Shown in pieces: positions 1-11,043 of a stretch of DNA of 64,000 nt. A program made the translations under genes and the position numbers. The DNA is from Malacoraja senta (taxonomy: Eukaryota), in contig CM075989.1 of NCBI GenBank assembly GCA_038087875.1, forward strand, positions 6,448,001 through 6,512,000, in the 5' to 3' direction. The number at the start of each line of letters is the position of its first letter. The first letter of the stretch is position 1. The notes below the pieces were generated by a model. That model was not told where the DNA came from and ran no database searches. It was given only the letters and a program-made list of their open reading frames with translations.

Positions 1-1530
1 GGAGAAAATAAGAGATTGATAGAGTGTTGCGTGAAATAGAAAGATAGCCCGAAGAGAAGAAAGAAGAGAGAAGAAGAAGCAGAAAGAGAGAGAGAGAAAG
101 AGATGATATAGTGAAGAAGGAAAAAGAGAGAAAAAACAAAAAGGGGAAAAAGGAGATTGAAAGCGATATATCTATTTAATGTTCCAGGCCACCCGTCACC
201 TGATTCTGAACCATTTTGTTTCTATGGTTGTGTTGCACCATATGCTTGTAAGAAGTCGATAAAGGGAAACCAAATCAATAAGAATTGGTCTACTTTGCCT
301 GCTAGAAGGAGTCGCATTTCTTCAAGATATGCCGTTTCCGATATATTTGAAATCCACATTTTGAGCGTTGGCGTTGGAGCAAAATTTAAGTATGAGTTTT
401 TTTGCCGTTATTAAACCGTAATTAAGTAGAGATTTTTGAGACGTATTTAGCTTATTCCCATCTTCCATTGATCCAAAGATAATCCATTCTGTATTAGGTT
501 CAATTCTTCTATTAAATAGTTTTGTAAAAATTTCAAAAATTTCATTCCAGAATTTATGAAGTTTTATACAGGAGACAAAAGCGTGTGTTATAGTGGCATT
601 CTCAGATAAGCATTTATCACAGATGGGAGAGATATTTGGATTGAATTTGTTCAGTCTAGTTTTCGAGTAGTATAATCTATGTAAAATTTTAAATTGAATT
701 AAATTATGTTTTGCATTAATCGAACATTTATGTTATGTATATCAGGTATTTTCCCCATGTTTCTCTCGAAATTTTTATCTGTAATTCTCGTTCCCAATCT
801 GCTCTGATTGCCTGTCGATGGTGATTCTATATTTAAAATGATATTATATAAGTATGATATTAAATTGCATGAGTCTGCCTTAATATTCATTGCTTCATCT
901 AATGAATCTAGATTTAGAATTTGATATCCTTGTATGTGTTTTTTCAAATAATCTCTAATTTGAAGGTATTTAAAGTATTGGTTAATTTTCAAGTTGTATT
1001 TTAATTGTAATTGTTGAAATGATAAGAAATTTTCCATTTCATACAAGTCTCCAATGCTTTTCATTCCTAATCTTTCCCAATAGGTATACGTTTTGTCAGT
1101 GAGAGATGGTTTAAATGCGGGATTATTTACTATTGGAGATAAAAGTGATAAGTTTCTTAATTTCAAAGTTAGTTTTATTTGTTTCCAAATTCGAATTGTG
1201 TTGTGGATAATTGGATTCTTCTTATATATTGTGTCGTTTAATTTTATCGGGGAGAAGAGGATCGCTCCTATATTAAAAGGAGAGCAATCCTCTTTCTCCA
1301 TTCTTATCCATTCTACCTGTTGGGCAGAGCTGTCCAACCAATAAATTATGTTTTTAATATGTACTGCCCAGTAGTAGTATAAAAAGTTCGGGAGTGTCAA
1401 TCCCCCAGATTCTTTAGGTTTACACATGTGTTTTCTTTGGATTCTATGTGATCTGTAGTCCCATATGAAGTTTGTAATATTGGAGTCTAATTTTTTTAAG
1501 AAGTTTTTTGGTAAGTATATTGGTATTGAT
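1..1530 (-). mobile_element. 5'-truncated L1-clade LINE: ORF2 C-terminus plus 3'UTR
   Basis: KPKESGGLTLPNFLYYYWA post-RT motif and CDKC..H....C knuckle (about 570-625). Frameshift near 770, stop at 222-224, pyrimidine-rich 3'UTR. Confidence 0.92.
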
Positions 1531-1603
1531 TGACTGTTTTTTATGACTGTTGGCAGATCAATTTCCCTCCTGGGATAAATAAAGTTTTGTCGTATCGTAT
1601 CGT
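1531..1603 (+). mobile_element. 3' tail of a Rex1-like LINE (atttccctcctgggataaataaagtt plus (tcgta)n)
   Basis: Same tail as the copy at 24300-24553; AATAAA followed by a short tandem-repeat end. Confidence 0.6.
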
Positions 1604-1726
1604 ACTAAAGTCCAATCAACAGGGAGAATGTGCAAACTCCACACAGACAGCAGCCGAGGCCAGGATCGAGCCTGGGCCTCTGGTGCGGTGAGGGAGCAGC
1701 TCCACCCGCTGCGCCACTGTGCTACC
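1604..1726 (-). mobile_element. HE1-like tRNA-derived V-SINE, 5' part
   Basis: A/B-box-like head and central tgtggagtttgcacattctcc core shared with other copies. Confidence 0.75.
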
Positions 1727-2734
1727 CTTGCCTCCGCGTGTCGCCTCTTGCTTCTGTTCAAAATTATTTTCGTTTTTAAACCAAAGAAATAAGTAACTTT
1801 TAATAATCTACATTACCCAATCGTATCATGATAGAAATAACAGAAGATAGACATAACAAGATAGAGTAACTCAGTGCGCCAGGCAGCATCTCTGAGGAAA
1901 AGGAATAGGTGATGTTTCGGGTCGAACCCCATCTTCAGACTTGGATATATGTCAAACTAGAAGCAGGAGTTGTCTATACGGTGCTTTCAACTTCTTCCGC
2001 CACTCATACAATCATTGCTGATCGTCCATCTCTGCACCACGTTCCTGCACTCTCCCTGTCCCGGAGAAAAAGTCTCAGCGACTGGTTAACACATTTGTAA
2101 ATCGTGCAAGAATAAGATGAAGAAACGGCACTTGTCTCTCTTCGGGAAAAAATTCTCAGAAAATGCAAATGATTCAAGAAGCGGATCCACCACGTGGAGT
2201 GTGCCACCTATAATGAGTGAATGAACCAATACTTTATTATCACGTGACAAGTCACAGTGAAATTCTTTGCTTGAATACCCAAGGTGTGCAAATAGCCGCT
2301 ATATAAAGGGTGCTAACAAAGTTACAAAGTATCTCCTTCGTTCTACCCCCTCCCTCCCTTATCATGTATCTGTACTTTGTAAATGGCGCGATTGTAATCA
2401 TATATTGTCTTTCCGTTGACTGGTTAGCATGCAACAAAAGCTTTTCACTGTACCTCAGTACATGTGACAATAAACTCAAGCTCAAATAAGAGTGAATATT
2501 CCATTAGCCTTCAATATTAGCTGCTCTACTTGTGTGCTGGCTTTTCACACACAAAGATGCCCACATCACCTTTGTTCCTCAGATCGGCACGGTTTTCCTT
2601 CATTTATTTAATACTGTTCTTTCTTCTAAAATGAAGTTTCCACTTTCCCACATCTTACTCCTTTTGGCAGCTTCTTATTCACTCACCCAACTCATCATGT
2701 CTCCGTAAATCTGTTTGTAACTTGTAACAAATCC

Positions 2735-2845
2735 GCTAACGCCGCTTTCAAAACAAACCCTCCCGCACGCCGAGGCCTCCCCCTCCCTCCCTCCCTCCTC
2801 CCGGCCTCGGCGTGCGGGAGGGTTTGTTTTGACAGCGCCGTTGGC
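2735..2845. repeat. Perfect 30-bp inverted repeat (2748-2777 / 2803-2832) around a C-rich loop
   Basis: Arms are exact reverse complements and extend imperfectly about 13 bp further. Confidence 0.9.
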
Positions 2846-3103
2846 AGAGTGGCAGGCAGCCGCCGCTATCAGGGCGGGCGGGGTGCGAGAGGAGGAGATG
2901 GAGCCGCTGTCGTGGCCGCTGCTGCCGCTGTGCGGGGTCCGTCATTCGCTCTGACCCTTCGTCACCCCGCACCTGGTATCTTTGTCCCGCAATACAGCCG
3001 TCGCCAACACGTAACGTCACGTTCCTTTTCTCCAGAGATGCTGTCTGACCCGCGGAGTTACTCCAGTTTTTTGTGTCTATCTTCGGTATAAACCAGTATC
3101 GGC

Positions 3104-3198
3104 AGTGCCAAGCCGGGCAAAATGACTCGCTGTTTAGGTTGCCCAGCGGCACTTTGGGTGGTCAGTGGCACCCAGGCAACCGCTAATTTCGAGCCCTG
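3104..3198. mobile_element. One end of a hAT-like non-autonomous DNA element (terminus reads CAGGGCTCGAAATT on minus)
   Basis: CAGGG-starting terminus typical of hAT TIRs; partner end not seen. Confidence 0.4.
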
Positions 3199-3199
3199 C

Positions 3200-3440
3200 C
3201 CAGTGGTATGGCCATTGACTTTTCTAATTTCAGGTAGTCCTCACTTTCTCCTCTCCTTCTCAGCTGTCCCTCAGCCCACTGGCTCCACCTCTTCCTTTCT
3301 TCTTCCCGCCCACCCCCCCCCCCCCCCGCCCAACCCTCACATCGGTCTGAAGAAGGGTTTTGGCCCAAAAGGTTGCCTATTTAATTCGCTCCATAGATGC
3401 TGCCTCACCCGCTGAGTTTCTCCAGCACTTTTGTCTACCT
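3200..3440 (+). mobile_element. Penelope-like element 3' end, subfamily B (UUCG/GUU type), degenerate hammerhead motif
   Basis: IDFSNFR-stop end of a GIY-YIG ORF, then ctgaagaagggttttggccc and the shared gctgagtttctccagc tail. Confidence 0.75.
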
Positions 3441-4832
3441 TAGTTTCATTGTCCTCCAGATTAAATTTTGCTGATTGTACGCCTCGTTGCGTCACCTTCC
3501 CCTCAGCTAACAGTGAACCATTTTACATTATCCTTGATCATCGACCCCTTTGATCTGTGTTTTCACACCTTACCCTTCCATATCTCCCCCTCACTCACAG
3601 TACGAAGAAGGGTCTCGACCTGAAATGTCACCCAATCCAGAGGGATCATCCGGGCCGTCTTCCAGTTCATCTGGGGGTCGAGGATGGACCGGGTGCGATG
3701 GGCCACAATGCACAAGTTGGCAGACAACGGGGGTAAAAGCGTGCCCAACGTCGTCCTCACCCTGATGGCCACCTTCGTGTGTGGCTGCATCAGGCGGAGC
3801 GTAAACCCAAGGCAGGTGGGCACCAAGTGTCATTACCTGCTGAGGTTCTACCTGTCCCCAGTGTTGCGAAGGATGGGCCTGGCACAGATGCCACGCAATG
3901 TGGCGGTCAGCTGGACATTGCCGCCTCATCTGTCACACATGGAAAGGTTCTCCCAGACCAACACCTTTGACCACGTCCATCGGGCAGTGGTCAGCACGGA
4001 ACGTCCTGCAGGCACTGCAGGGAAAGGGCTCGATGGATCCGGTGGCGTGGTTCCCAGAGCAGACTGCCCAGCTTGTCTGGCAAAATGCCCTCCCAGTCAG
4101 ATCCTTCCTGCACCGTCGGAACCTCACTACCAGCGCACGCTGCCCTCGGGACGGCTGCTATGGAGAGGAGACGGTTGCCCACCTCCTTGCAGAGTGTGGA
4201 TTTGCGAAGACAGTCTGGAGATGTTTGCCAGGGTCCCTGTCACGGTTTATTCCGAACAGCTCTGTCACAGAGGACTCTGTGATTTACCGACTGTTCCCAG
4301 GGACGCATTCAGAGACTGACAGGTCATCAACTGTCAGAGACTGACAGTGCTGCTGGAAGGTCATCAACTCGGTGAAAGACGCTCTTTGGTCTGCCCGAGC
4401 TTTGTTTGTCGGGGAATGTTGCCGAATGGCCTGCTGTGGACTGCAGGAGTACGTGCTGAGGGACGCACTGAAGCTTGGCGCAGCTCTGTGGGGGAGGACC
4501 ATAGTCTAGGGTCCTTCCGCTGCTGAACATTGGGGGCAGGGTGTGGTGGAGAAGCCCCTCAAAAATAAGGGAAGGGATTCCACGCCAGTGGGCCACATGA
4601 GTGGCAAGGGTGGGGGATAAATTTGTGTAAACAGTATTGAATGTTTGAATAGCCTCCGAGATTGTCAGATGGATTTTTTTGCACGGTTCCTGTATTGTAT
4701 ATATTTATTATACTTGAATAAAGTCTATTTTGAAATAAAAGCTCCAGAGATGCTGCCTGTCCCGCTGAGTTACTCCAGGATTTTGTGTTTATCTTCGGTG
4801 TAAACAAGCATCTGTAGTTCCTTCCTACACAT
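3441..4832 (+). mobile_element. Penelope-like 3' end, subfamily A, split by the Tx1 insertion (3441-3642 and 4743-4832)
   Basis: The two halves join into the consensus seen in other copies. Confidence 0.75.
3643..4742 (+). mobile_element. 5'-truncated Tx1-clade LINE (ORF2 C-terminus, frameshifted)
   Basis: FQFIWGSRMDRV..NGGKSVPN motif, zf-RVT-like ALPVRSFL..CPRDGC..ETVAHLLAEC..VW, AATAAA and A-rich end, putative TSD tccagag. Confidence 0.88.
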
Positions 4833-5194
4833 TTTACATCAGGTCTCGAATCAAGGTCGCATGTAATACATGAATCAATCCACAGCAATCCCTACATCAG
4901 GCTTGGGTTACACCAGGGTCCCTCAGGAGCGTACAGCCTTGAAGCTTTTATTCAGTATCCAGACTGAGTTAAATCAGGGATTAAACCGCCCGTTTGATTG
5001 GGGAAACCGTACTCAGATTTCATAAGACTCCTTTCTGTAGCTGAGAGCTCGGCAGTCCCCACGGAAGTAGCAGGTTCCCACGCTGGCAGAACACACGCTG
5101 GGTAAGAGGTAAGACCAAAGGAGGGGCGATCAGAGGACAGACTGTGGGGAAGACATGTGGCAGTGTGGCAAAGGTGACAGAACGGGCAAACGGG

Positions 5195-5478
5195 ATACAG
5201 CACGGAAACAGGCCCTTCGGCCCACCGAGTCCATGCCGACCCGTGATCACCCCGTACACTAGCACTATCCTACACACTAGGGACAAATTACATTGACAGA
5301 AGCCAACTAATCAACAAACCTGCAGGTCTTTGGAGTGTGGGAGGAAGCCAGAGCACCCAGAGAAAACCCACGCGGTCACAGGGAGAACGTGCAAACTCCG
5401 TACAGACGGCGCCCATAATCAGGATCGATCCCGGGTCTCTGGTGCTGTAAGGCAGCAACTCTACCGCTGCGCCACCAT
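5195..5478 (-). mobile_element. HE1-like V-SINE, full length
   Basis: tRNA-like head, core and CR1-like tail gggccgaagggcctgtttcc. Confidence 0.9.
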
Positions 5479-5656
5479 ACAGCCCTTAACGGGCAAAGCG
5501 ATCAAGGCAAAGGGAGCAACGGAGATGAAGAGTTAGGAAAGGAGGGAGAAACAATATATAACGTCAGCAAACTGATGACAGGGACGGACTCGGTGAGCTG
5601 AAGGGCTGAGTTCTGTGCTGTGAACTCAACAGGAAAGGAGATGCCTAATTAAAGGC

Positions 5657-6110
5657 CTAGGTCTTGGTTCTTGGTCCTCCAAAATATTCCAAATGGAATG
5701 TAAACTGGAGGTGGTGGAGGGAGGACTGAAGCCAGAAAGGGTTTTTGGGAAGAAAGAGCTACCTTAAATTTAGTTGCATCTGGTTGGGTAACTAAAGTAG
5801 TGTGGAGATTATTCCATGCTTTAATTGTGCGGGGGAAGAATGAATTGCTGTACACATCTGTCTTGGTAGCTGGAATCCCAAATTGGATCGAATGCCCTCG
5901 TCTGCTCCTAATTGGTTTGGGTTTGGTGTAGGTCTTGTAATCTATGTCGAGCTGACCATTTAACATTTTGTAAAAACAGGTCAAACGGTGAGCTTCACGT
6001 CTGTCTTGGAGAGGGTTCCACCCCAGAGAATTCAGAAGTTTGGTAACACTCGCTTCTCTCTCATAGGTGTTAGTAACAAATCGAGCTGCCTGTCTTTGGA
6101 CACGTTCTTT
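5657..6110 (-). mobile_element. 5'-truncated CR1-group (Daphne-like) LINE with uninterrupted ORF end
   Basis: Open frame ERVQRQAARFVTN..LGWNPLQDRR..RLTCFYK..SFFPRTIKAWNNL; (ccaagaa)-type tail. Confidence 0.8.
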
Positions 6111-6111
6111 C

Positions 6112-6368
6112 TTTGTGTAGGATGCTGGTTTAAATCGAAGGTCGACACAAAATGCTGGAGTAACTCAGCGGGACAGGCGGCATCTCTGGAGCGAAGGAAT
6201 GGGTGACGTTTCATGTCGCTACCCTTCTTCAGACTGGTTAGGGACGTGTCCGACTGGCAAATTCTACGTGTACATTGAGGTCCGGGATCCTCGATCCAAA
6301 ATGTCCCCATTCCTTCTCTCCAGAGATCCTGCCTGTTCCGCTGAGTTACTCCAGCATTTTGTGTCTAT
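6112..6368. mobile_element. Fold-back Penelope-derived element
   Basis: Left arm is the reverse complement of the right arm; hammerhead-like motifs face the centre. Confidence 0.8.
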
Positions 6369-6789
6369 CACATGTATCATAGGCATGTTTAACGCCAAGA
6401 ATTCAACCAGCTTATCACCATTCCTTCACTCCAGCAGGGCATGGCAGGCTGCTCTGGTTACTTGCGCATGACTAAAGGCTTTGTGTGGGATTTTCACACC
6501 GAGACTATTTTAGTTTCCCGGGGGGGATAGAATGCCCAGCCATTTCTAAAGAGAGCAGGGAATTATGTAAACAAACAGGTATCAGTTTACCAGAGATGTG
6601 ATGTCCGATGATCACACAACCCACGTCCACGGAAACATTGGCATCCGTTTAAAGCTCAATAAGCAATGGTTTGGAAGAGCTTAAAAATTGAAGTGTGCGA
6701 TGTCCACCATTTTTAACAACTTTGAAACTTGAAGGATGCACGTTGGCGCTGGAAGCGTGCCGACTCGTGTCCTGCTTCAGTCTAATAGC

Positions 6790-7243
6790 TTAGTTTTAAT
6801 TTTATTTACTTTATTGTCACGTGTACCGAGGTACAGTGAAAAGCCTTTGTTGCGTGCCAACCAGCCAGCGGAAAGGCAACACATGATTACATTCGAGCCA
6901 TTCACCGTGTGTAGATACACGATATGGGAATAAAGTTTAGTGCAAGGTAAAGCCAGTAAAGTCCAATCAAAGTCCAGTCTGAAGAAGGGTTTCGGCCCGA
7001 AACGTTACCTATTTCCTTCGCTCCATAGATGCTGCTGCACCCGCTGAGTTTCTCCAGCATTTTTGTGTACCTTCAAAGTCCAATCAAAGATAGTCTGAGG
7101 GTCTCCAAGGGGGTAGATGGTAGTTCAGGACTACTCCCTAATTGTGGTAGGATGGTTCAGTTGCCTGATAACAGCTGGGAAGAAACTGTCCCTGAATCTG
7201 GAGTGGGCGTTTTCATACTTCTGTACCTCTTGCCCGATGGGAG
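6790..7243 (-). mobile_element. Rex1-like LINE 3' fragment hosting the insertion at 6973-7074
   Basis: Minus strand reads roughly YRSMKTPTPDSGTVSSQ and ends with cacgtgacaataaa; homologous to 40680-41250. Confidence 0.65.
6973..7074 (+). mobile_element. 102-bp Penelope-derived insertion with intact minimal hammerhead motif and 15-bp TSD
   Basis: aaagtccaatcaaag at 6958-6972 and 7075-7089; CTGAAGA-a-GGGT-TTCG-GCCC-GAAAC-GTT. Confidence 0.88.
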
Positions 7244-7337
7244 ATCTAATCTATTCCTTCACTCTTAAACTTAAATATGATTGTGCCTATGTATAGTAAG
7301 CATTTTACTTAATGGTCTACAAAAAAAGAAACGAGTT

Positions 7338-7655
7338 AGGGCAGCACTGCAGTGCAGCTGGTCGAGTTGCTGCCTCACAGCGCCTGAGACCCAGGTTCGA
7401 TCCTGACGACGGGTGTTGTCTATGTGGAGGTTGCACGTTCTCCCTGTGAACACGAGGGTTTTTTTCAGGCACTCCGGTTAGGTCACACATCAAAGACTTG
7501 CAGGTTTGTAGGTTAATTGGCCTCTATAAATTGCCCCTTGTGTGTCGGCATTGGAAGAAAAGGTGGGATAATATGGAACTAGTGTGAACGGGTGATCCAT
7601 GGTCGGCATGCACTCGGTGGGCCGAAGGGCCTGTTTCCAGGCTGTATCTCTAAAA
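7338..7655 (+). mobile_element. HE1-like V-SINE
   Basis: ggttcgatcc B box, core and tail. Confidence 0.88.
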
Positions 7656-7689
7656 AACTATTAAAAAAACTAAACTTCACTGCACCATA

Positions 7690-7980
7690 TGCACAAAATG
7701 CTGGAGTAACTCAGCGGGTCAGGCAGCATCTCTGGAGAGAAGGAAGAATGGGTGACGTTTCGGGTCGAGACCCTTCTTCAGGCTGATGTCAGACGAGTGG
7801 GCGGTACAGAGATAGAATGTAGTCGGAGACAGTAAGGCTGGTAGGAGAACTGGGAAGGGGGAGGGGATGGAGAGAGAGGGAAAGCAAGGGCCACTTGAAG
7901 TTAGAGAAGTCAATGTTCATACCGCTGGAGTGTGAGCTGTCCAAGAGAAATATGAGGTGCTGTTCCTCCAATTTGCGCGG
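7690..7980 (-). mobile_element. Penelope-like 3' end with GIY-YIG C-terminus (RKLEEQHLIF..SGMNIDFSNFK) and intact hammerhead motif
   Basis: Translated motif plus ctgaagaagggtctcgacccgaaacgtc on the minus strand near 7755-7782. Confidence 0.88.
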
Positions 7981-8203
7981 GGCATTGAACCATTGGTTGA
8001 AATGAATCTTGTAGAAATGAATCAAGAAATGAATCAAGCTAAATCCTGTCAGCGGAACCATGGCAACACCAAGTGCAACCTGTGCAGGCATCTGACGAGA
8101 GGCCGAACATTATCACCTGCTCTTTGCTCTCATTTGGGCAGGTTGGCATGGCTGGAACATGGAACGTGGCCACAAGGAGCTTGAGGCTAATGGCAGGTGA
8201 GAA

Positions 8204-8412
8204 ATGTGGAGGAAGGAACTGCAGATGCTGGCTTATACCGAAGTAGGGCACAAAACTGTAGCCTTCACACCTTACCCTTCTACATCTCTATGTCTCCCTC
8301 TCCCTTGAATCTCAGTCTGAAGAAGGGTCTCGACCTGAAACGTCACCCATTCCTTCTCTCCAGAGACGCTGCCTGTCCCGCGGAGTTACTCCAGCATTTT
8401 GCGTCTGTCTTC
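8204..8412. mobile_element. Penelope-derived insertion with short inverted 5' segment and 12-bp TSD
   Basis: ggcaggtgagaa at 8192-8203 and 8413-8424. Confidence 0.8.
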
Positions 8413-8542
8413 GGCAGGTGAGAAGGCAGATGAGCACGAGGGAGAATGGAAGTCACCTCGGTGGGATTGGTTGAGTACGGGTCAAAACGTTCCTGTGATG
8501 TGGTGGGAAGAGAAGCAGTCAACTCACTTTCTGCCTTTCCCA

Positions 8543-8730
8543 TGTGCAGAAAGAACTGCAGAAGCTGTTTTAAATCAAAGGTTGGCACAAAATGCTGGAG
8601 TAATTCAGCGGGACAGGCAGCATCTCTGGACAGAAGGAATGGGTGACTCTTCGGGTCGAGACAATACATCTGAGGGCCTGAGGAGTGGTCACCCATTCCT
8701 TCTATCTAGAGATGCTGCCTGTCCTGCTGA
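8543..8730. mobile_element. Fold-back Penelope-derived insertion with 14-bp TSD
   Basis: ttctgcctttccca at 8529-8542 and 8731-8744. Confidence 0.82.
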
Positions 8731-9592
8731 TTCTGCCTTTCCCACTTTGGGTGTTGGGTCCCCAACCTGAAATGTTAACTCTTTTATTTTCTCTTGCCTG
8801 AGTTACTAAGTATTTCCACCATTTTCTGATTTCCACATGGGCATTTATTTTAATGTTCAGTGCGAGCTTCAGGCAAGTCCTCGGGCTATGACAAGGTCCC
8901 GTTCATAATTCAAACCATTAGTCAGTCGGAAATGAACAGAAGCAGTGTGTGGGAGAGGATCACCGAGTCGGTGGTGACCCCTCTAACAGGTATACCCTCT
9001 AACAGGTATACCCTGGCACCGCCACTCCACCTAGGGTCTGTAGGCCGAGGAGTGGCTCTACTGTCAACGACTGAAGGACTGGTGACGGGATCTAGGAGGT
9101 GGGCAGGGCAGAAGATGTCCTGGTTGGGTTGCTCCGAGGCCTGGCCAAGCTGGCTATCCGCGAGTCACGGCGCCAGGCGTAAGAGGGCTGTGCCCTAGCC
9201 CAATGCTTGCCCCTTTACCGGGGTCACGTCCACGCCCGGGTGGTGTTAGAAAGGGACATAGTTGCATGGTAGTTATTTGTAACATGGTTGTTTGGAATTC
9301 AGTGTCTGAATAATCTGGTGATTTTGTAATATGGTGGTGGGTATGTCACCACAAATTTGTTTTATTGTTTGTTTTTTGTATCGTGAAAAAAAAACAGGTA
9401 TACGCTGAAACCTGCGTCGGCCAGTGAGAACAAGTATGTAACTGGAGGGTGCATGTGCTGCAATGCATCATCCCTAAAATATCCTTATCACGAGAGTTAG
9501 TTGCTGCTTTTGCTATCTTACTTCAAGATCATAAGTCTAAGTAGTGTATGCAAAGTTTGGGTCTTGATAACGTGCGGTTTAAGAGATTTTAA

Positions 9593-9797
9593 AGGGCCTG
9601 TCCCACTTTCACGACCTCTGCCGAGTTTGCCCTTGACTCATACTCGCAGCATGGTCGTCACGAGGTCGTAGGTAATTCGTGATGCTAGTCGTAGGTACTC
9701 ATGGCATCAAGTAGGTCGGGGCGTTTTTCTAGCCTGATGAAAAATGTCCACGAGTAAAAAAAGTCGTGAATTAGGTCGTGAAAGTGGGACAGGCCCT
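9593..9797. mobile_element. PIF/Harbinger-type MITE, perfect 24-bp TIRs
   Basis: agggcctgtcccactttcacgacc at both ends; flanks TAA and GAA. Confidence 0.8.
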
Positions 9798-10101
9798 GAA
9801 GGATAGTTAAACATCCCATGACGATAAGGAACATTTCTTCTGCGTTGCAATTCACACCACTACAGAAATGACCCACATGAAAATCAGGTTACATAGCCGT
9901 GGCAATCTTTTATTATGGGGGAAAGAAGCATCTGTATAATAACAAATTAACAGCTGGCTTCAGAATAAACAGCAAAAGAAAATAAATGGTAATAGCTTTA
10001 TTTTGAGATGCTAAATGGGTCAATTCTTCAGGATCCAGTAGATTTTACAGCATGGTGTGTAAAATAATACACCTCTGGTCATCTGAAGGGTAATATCAAG
10101 G

Positions 10102-10303
10102 TGTGGGAAGGAACTGCAGATGCTGGTTTAAATCGAAGACAGACACAAAATGCTGGAGTAACTCAGCGGGACAGGCATCTCTGGATAGAAGCAATAGGTG
10201 ATGTTTCGCGTTGAGACCCTTCTTCAGACTCTGAAGTCTGAAGGGTCTTGACTCCAAATGTCGCCCATTCCTATAACCAGAGTGCTGTCTGTCCCGCTGA
10301 GGC
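10102..10303. mobile_element. Fold-back Penelope-derived insertion with 10-bp TSD; further arms at about 10325-10455 and 10570-10760
   Basis: aatatcaagg at 10092-10101 and 10304-10313. Confidence 0.8.
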
Positions 10304-11043
10304 AATATCAAGGAATGTTTTTCAGTGCAGGAAAGAACTGCATATGCTGGTTTAAATCGAAGACAGACACAAAATGCTGGAGTAACTCAGCCGGACAGGC
10401 AGCATCTCTGGAAAGAAGGAATGGATGACATTTCGGGTCGAGACCCTTCTTCAGTTAACTTAATGATTCTGAGAAAAAAAAATCTGTTATCTTAATAACA
10501 TCCACAACATTCATTATGCAGGATATGATGATATTAGAAATTATGTAACATCTAACCCCTTTTGTGTACCCTTCATTAATTTATTCTCTGTGTGTACCTT
10601 TTCTATGTCTCTCATTTCCCTCTCCCCTGACTGTTTGAAGGGTCTTGACCCGAAACATCACCCATTCCTTTTCCCCAGAGATGCTGCCTGTCCTGCTGAG
10701 TTACTCCAGCATTTTGTGTCTATCTTTGGTGTAAACCAGCATCTGCAGTTCCTTCCTAAACAAATGACCCCTTTTGTGAGCGGAGATGGACAGACACTTC
10801 GTTACATTGCTCAGACTGCAGAGGGTGTTGCAAAGACAGCAGTATCCTTGGGTTTGCTAACAATTTCGGAGATGGATATAGAGGCGAGCTTCAGGCAAGT
10901 CCGCAGCGATGACAAGGCCCCGTTCAGAATTCAAACCGTTAGTCAGTGGGAAATGAAGAGAAGCAGTCCATGGGAGAGGATCACAGAGACGGCGGGGGGA
11001 TGAGCGTTAGTGGAGAGAGGGGCCCCATTGCCTCAGCGAGTAA

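Noticed and set aside
6032..10760. Many short ORFs sharing PFLLSRDAACPAELLQHF or KCWSNSAGQAASLE as a repeated protein family
   Set aside because: They are translations of the non-coding Penelope-derived repeat in both orientations.
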